This document shows, in pieces, positions 62,031-64,000 of a stretch of 64,000 bases of DNA. The notes below the pieces were generated by a model. That model was not told the DNA's origin, did no database searches, and saw nothing but the letters and a program-made list of their open reading frames with translations. The translations under genes and the position numbers were made by a program. Position 1 is the first letter of the stretch. Every line of letters begins with the position of its first letter. This stretch comes from an uncultured bacterium (lineage in GTDB: Bacteria > Armatimonadota > Hebobacteria > CAIYQO01): the NCBI GenBank assembly GCA_964638715.1, contig CAZWZF010000020.1:6653-70652 (forward strand). The letters are read 5' to 3'.

Positions 62031-64000
62031 TTAGAGTGCGAAGTCCATACCGAAGCGGATAACATCCAACTTCTTGCCAATCTGTTCGAGCTTAAGTTCG
62101 CGCCATCCGTAAAGGAGGGTGCAACTTACGCTGTCGTTGACTTGTTTCTTCACGCTCAATACAGCACAGGTATCAGCATCTACATTTGCAATGGTTGATA
62201 CATGGCTGCCGCCGTATACGCGGAGACCGAAGTTATAATTATACTTCCAGTCGTAGTTGGCTTTGATTTCCCAACCGCGGGTAACATTTTCCGGGTCGAG
62301 ATACAGACCGCGATCAATCCAGTTGGTATCGAATGCATTAATTGCAGCATACGGATACAAGGCTGAATAAATTGGGCGGTAGTTCTGTGAAATCTTACCA
62401 TATTTGTAGGTTACGGTTAAATCTTTCCAGTCGTTAACGATATCGCCACCGACCATGTAAGCATAACCCTGGCCGCTTGCAGCAGCTTTCTTAAGTAATG
62501 ATGCTGCGCTGATGAATACGTTGCGGTTGCCCCAAGGAAGGGTTGCGTTGCCATCTACAGACAAGCCTCTTTCTGAACCCATACCGGAAATCAACAATGC
62601 ACCGGTCAGGTTAACATCAGAAACAGTTCCAACCTTGGCTTTTGCCCAACTGGCTGCCAGATATGAATACATATCTTCAACATTAATCGGATCAACAGAA
62701 ACAGGGTTAGTTACTTTGTCCAACATGCCGATATGACCTTCATAAGTGAAATTCTTATATGAAGTGTCAGCTGTTACGCCAACAGTTGGTGCATGTGAAG
62801 TGTCAATCAACAGACCGCTGCCTACATTAACGGACTTGCGACCGAATGTAGTCTGTACTGATCTGCCGAGAACTGTTGATGTGTATTCGCCGTACCATTC
62901 CCAAACGTAAATGCCATCAGGATGAACTGGAGCAAGAGCACCAGCTACCGGGAAGTCGCTGATTACATAACCGTAGTAAGGCTGAGTGAGATTCTCATTT
63001 ACTGAGTTGGTATAAGGAGCAGCAGTTACTGCGAGTGGACTGATTATGCGCATGGTTACATGACCATTAAACTTATCGTTTGCTTTTGCGTCAAAGTTTA
63101 AATCGGTGGAATATACGCCGTATCGGCTGCCTTTTAAAATGTCTTTGCCTAATGTTTCATCTGCATTAGCGGCAATGCCATTCTTTTTATTATAGATATC
63201 CTGGTTATCTTTAGCAACGATGGTGTCATCAGTTAATGAAATGCTGGAACCCTGTAGGCCATAACGCATTCCACCAGTCATGCTGATGGTAACTGCGGTA
63301 CCTTTGTTGCCAGTGGTGCCTTTCAATTTTGCAACTTCATCTTGCAATGCACGAATGTCGCTGCGGATAGCAGAGATTTCCGGGCCATAAGCGGTTAACA
63401 GTTCTTTTACTTTAACTAATGTTGCTTTTTCGTCATCGGTTAAACCTGCAGCTTTCGGGTTCTTAATCATTTGATTGAGAACGTCTACTGAGCTGTAACT
63501 GCCTAAGAACTTGCTGGCTGAATCCAGAGTGGCTTTCTCAGCATTTGATAAAGCGGTAACGGTTTTTCCATCAGCATTAACAACCTTGGTTTCGCCTGGT
63601 GCGCCAGGTTCGCCATTCTTGCCGTCTTTGCCATTCAGACCGTTGGTACCGTTTTTGCCGTCTACGCCATTCTTGCCGTCTACGCCATTGGTGCCATTTT
63701 TGCCATCAACGCCGTTTTTGCCATTCTGACCGTCAACGCCATTCTTGCCGTCTTTGCCATCTCGGCCATTCAGACCGGGTTGGCCATCTTTGCCATTAAC
63801 GCCGTCTTTGCCAGCATCGCCTTTCAGCGCGGTGCGTACTTCAGGGTCATTCATGATTGCTTTCTTGATGGCTTCTACATTTTTGCCTTCATTAATCATG
63901 CCCTGAACTACGTCAAGCATTCTTGCTAAAGCCATAGCGGCTTCATAACGGGTCATCGGACGCTGGCCTTCGAATGTTGCGCCTTTGCCGACACCTTCAA
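62031..64000 (-). CDS. SLH-domain outer-membrane protein with collagen-like Gly-X-Y repeats and a C-terminal beta-barrel/porin-like domain (N-terminus beyond the window)
   Basis: The first in-window residues ...TRYEAAMALARML are the end of an SLH domain. A coiled coil follows, then about 25 GxxGxxG triplets (GKDGVNGKDGQPGLNGRDGKDGKNG...). The about 400-aa C-terminal region has alternating-hydrophobic beta strands ending ...RFGMDFAL. The frame stays open through nt 64000, so the true start lies outside the window. Confidence 0.7.
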   Translation of the reverse strand, partial: EGVGKGATFEGQRPMTRYEAAMALARMLDVVQGMINEGKNVEAIKKAIMNDPEVRTALKGDAGKDGVNGKDGQPGLNGRDGKDGKNGVDGQNGKNGVDGKNGTNGVDGKNGVDGKNGTNGLNGKDGKNGEPGAPGETKVVNADGKTVTALSNAEKATLDSASKFLGSYSSVDVLNQMIKNPKAAGLTDDEKATLVKVKELLTAYGPEISAIRSDIRALQDEVAKLKGTTGNKGTAVTISMTGGMRYGLQGSSISLTDDTIVAKDNQDIYNKKNGIAANADETLGKDILKGSRYGVYSTDLNFDAKANDKFNGHVTMRIISPLAVTAAPYTNSVNENLTQPYYGYVISDFPVAGALAPVHPDGIYVWEWYGEYTSTVLGRSVQTTFGRKSVNVGSGLLIDTSHAPTVGVTADTSYKNFTYEGHIGMLDKVTNPVSVDPINVEDMYSYLAASWAKAKVGTVSDVNLTGALLISGMGSERGLSVDGNATLPWGNRNVFISAASLLKKAAASGQGYAYMVGGDIVNDWKDLTVTYKYGKISQNYRPIYSALYPYAAINAFDTNWIDRGLYLDPENVTRGWEIKANYDWKYNYNFGLRVYGGSHVSTIANVDADTCAVLSVKKQVNDSVSCTLLYGWRELKLEQIGKKLDVIRFGMDFAL

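Noticed and set aside
63511-63799. Plus-strand ORFs in the collagen-like region (63511..63729 and 63599..63799)
   Set aside because: They are the reverse-strand reading of GGN/GNN triplet repeats of the minus-strand collagen-like gene. Periodic low complexity, not independent genes.
1-64000. Search for tRNA, rRNA, tmRNA and RNase P genes
   Set aside because: Visual scans of intergenic regions for T-loop (GGTTCGAATCC-like) and other hallmark motifs found only terminator or REP hairpins (for example ggcaggttcgtaacctgcc at about 29600 is a simple stem-loop, not a cloverleaf). No RNA gene could be supported by eye. A covariance-model search (tRNAscan-SE/Infernal) would be decisive.

Overview
This 64-kb window is mostly a core chromosomal region with about 53 protein-coding genes, at roughly 47-50% GC and interrupted by several AT-rich islands. 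Taxon-informative genes point to a PVC-superphylum (Planctomycetota-like) bacterium: DUF1549/DUF1553 plus DUF1501 proteins, a prepilin-type N-terminal MELLVVIGIIAVLAAIL pseudopilin, and an SLH-anchored outer-membrane protein. That placement is inference only.

Housekeeping and core genes, in order along the window:
- Left edge: an AsmA/TamB-like gene fragment that is missing from the ORF track, a CheY-like response regulator (the track strand label is wrong, it is on the minus strand), then cinA and a small PASTA-domain ORF.
- A CBS-domain gene followed by a four-subunit group 3b [NiFe] hydrogenase in beta-gamma-delta-alpha order, and a hydrogenase maturation protease.
- Lipid A and fatty-acid genes lpxC-fabZ-lpxA, galT and fabH.
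- A MacB-type ABC exporter (ATPase, FtsX-like permease, DUF3299-like protein) and scpA.
- FGE/SUMF1-like, DUF1549/DUF1553, DUF1501 and PPC-domain secreted proteins.
- A 1336-aa SWIM-SNF2 helicase.
- A MalY/PatB lyase, an AraC regulator and an HExxH metallopeptidase.
- A DtxR-feoB-zinc ribbon-feoA iron-uptake operon with a candidate operator palindrome.
- A PLD-family nuclease.
- A type IV pilus/T2SS-like cluster (GspE/PilB, PilT, GspF/PilC, prepilin peptidase, pseudopilin).
- Right edge: a truncated SLH, collagen-like and beta-barrel outer-membrane protein.

Accessory content worth a second look:
- An AT-rich island at about 19.4-23.6 kb carries an operon of a 4-TM membrane protein and an 877-aa Rad50/SbcC/RloC-like ABC ATPase, with a CxxC zinc hook at the midpoint of its coiled coil and a 170-aa C-terminal extension of unknown function. 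This is a candidate uncharacterised two-gene defence or abortive-infection system.
- A type I R-M locus (hsdR, an embedded 172-aa Cys/His-rich ORF, hsdM, hsdS) has an AT-rich TM protein tightly coupled to hsdS and a 487-aa protein with a C-terminal PD-(D/E)xK nuclease motif.
- Intergenic DNA is unusually rich in several families of short palindromic/MITE-like elements. Several gene cassettes, including the hydrogenase operon, the beta-roll repeat protein gene and the FGE gene, are each bracketed by copies of their own repeat family.

No rRNA, tRNA or CRISPR array was found by eye. Coordinates of CDSs follow the supplied ORF track, with start codons re-chosen by codon arithmetic where homology or RBS evidence supports it. 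Coordinates of hand-found repeats and hairpins are approximate, to within a few nt.
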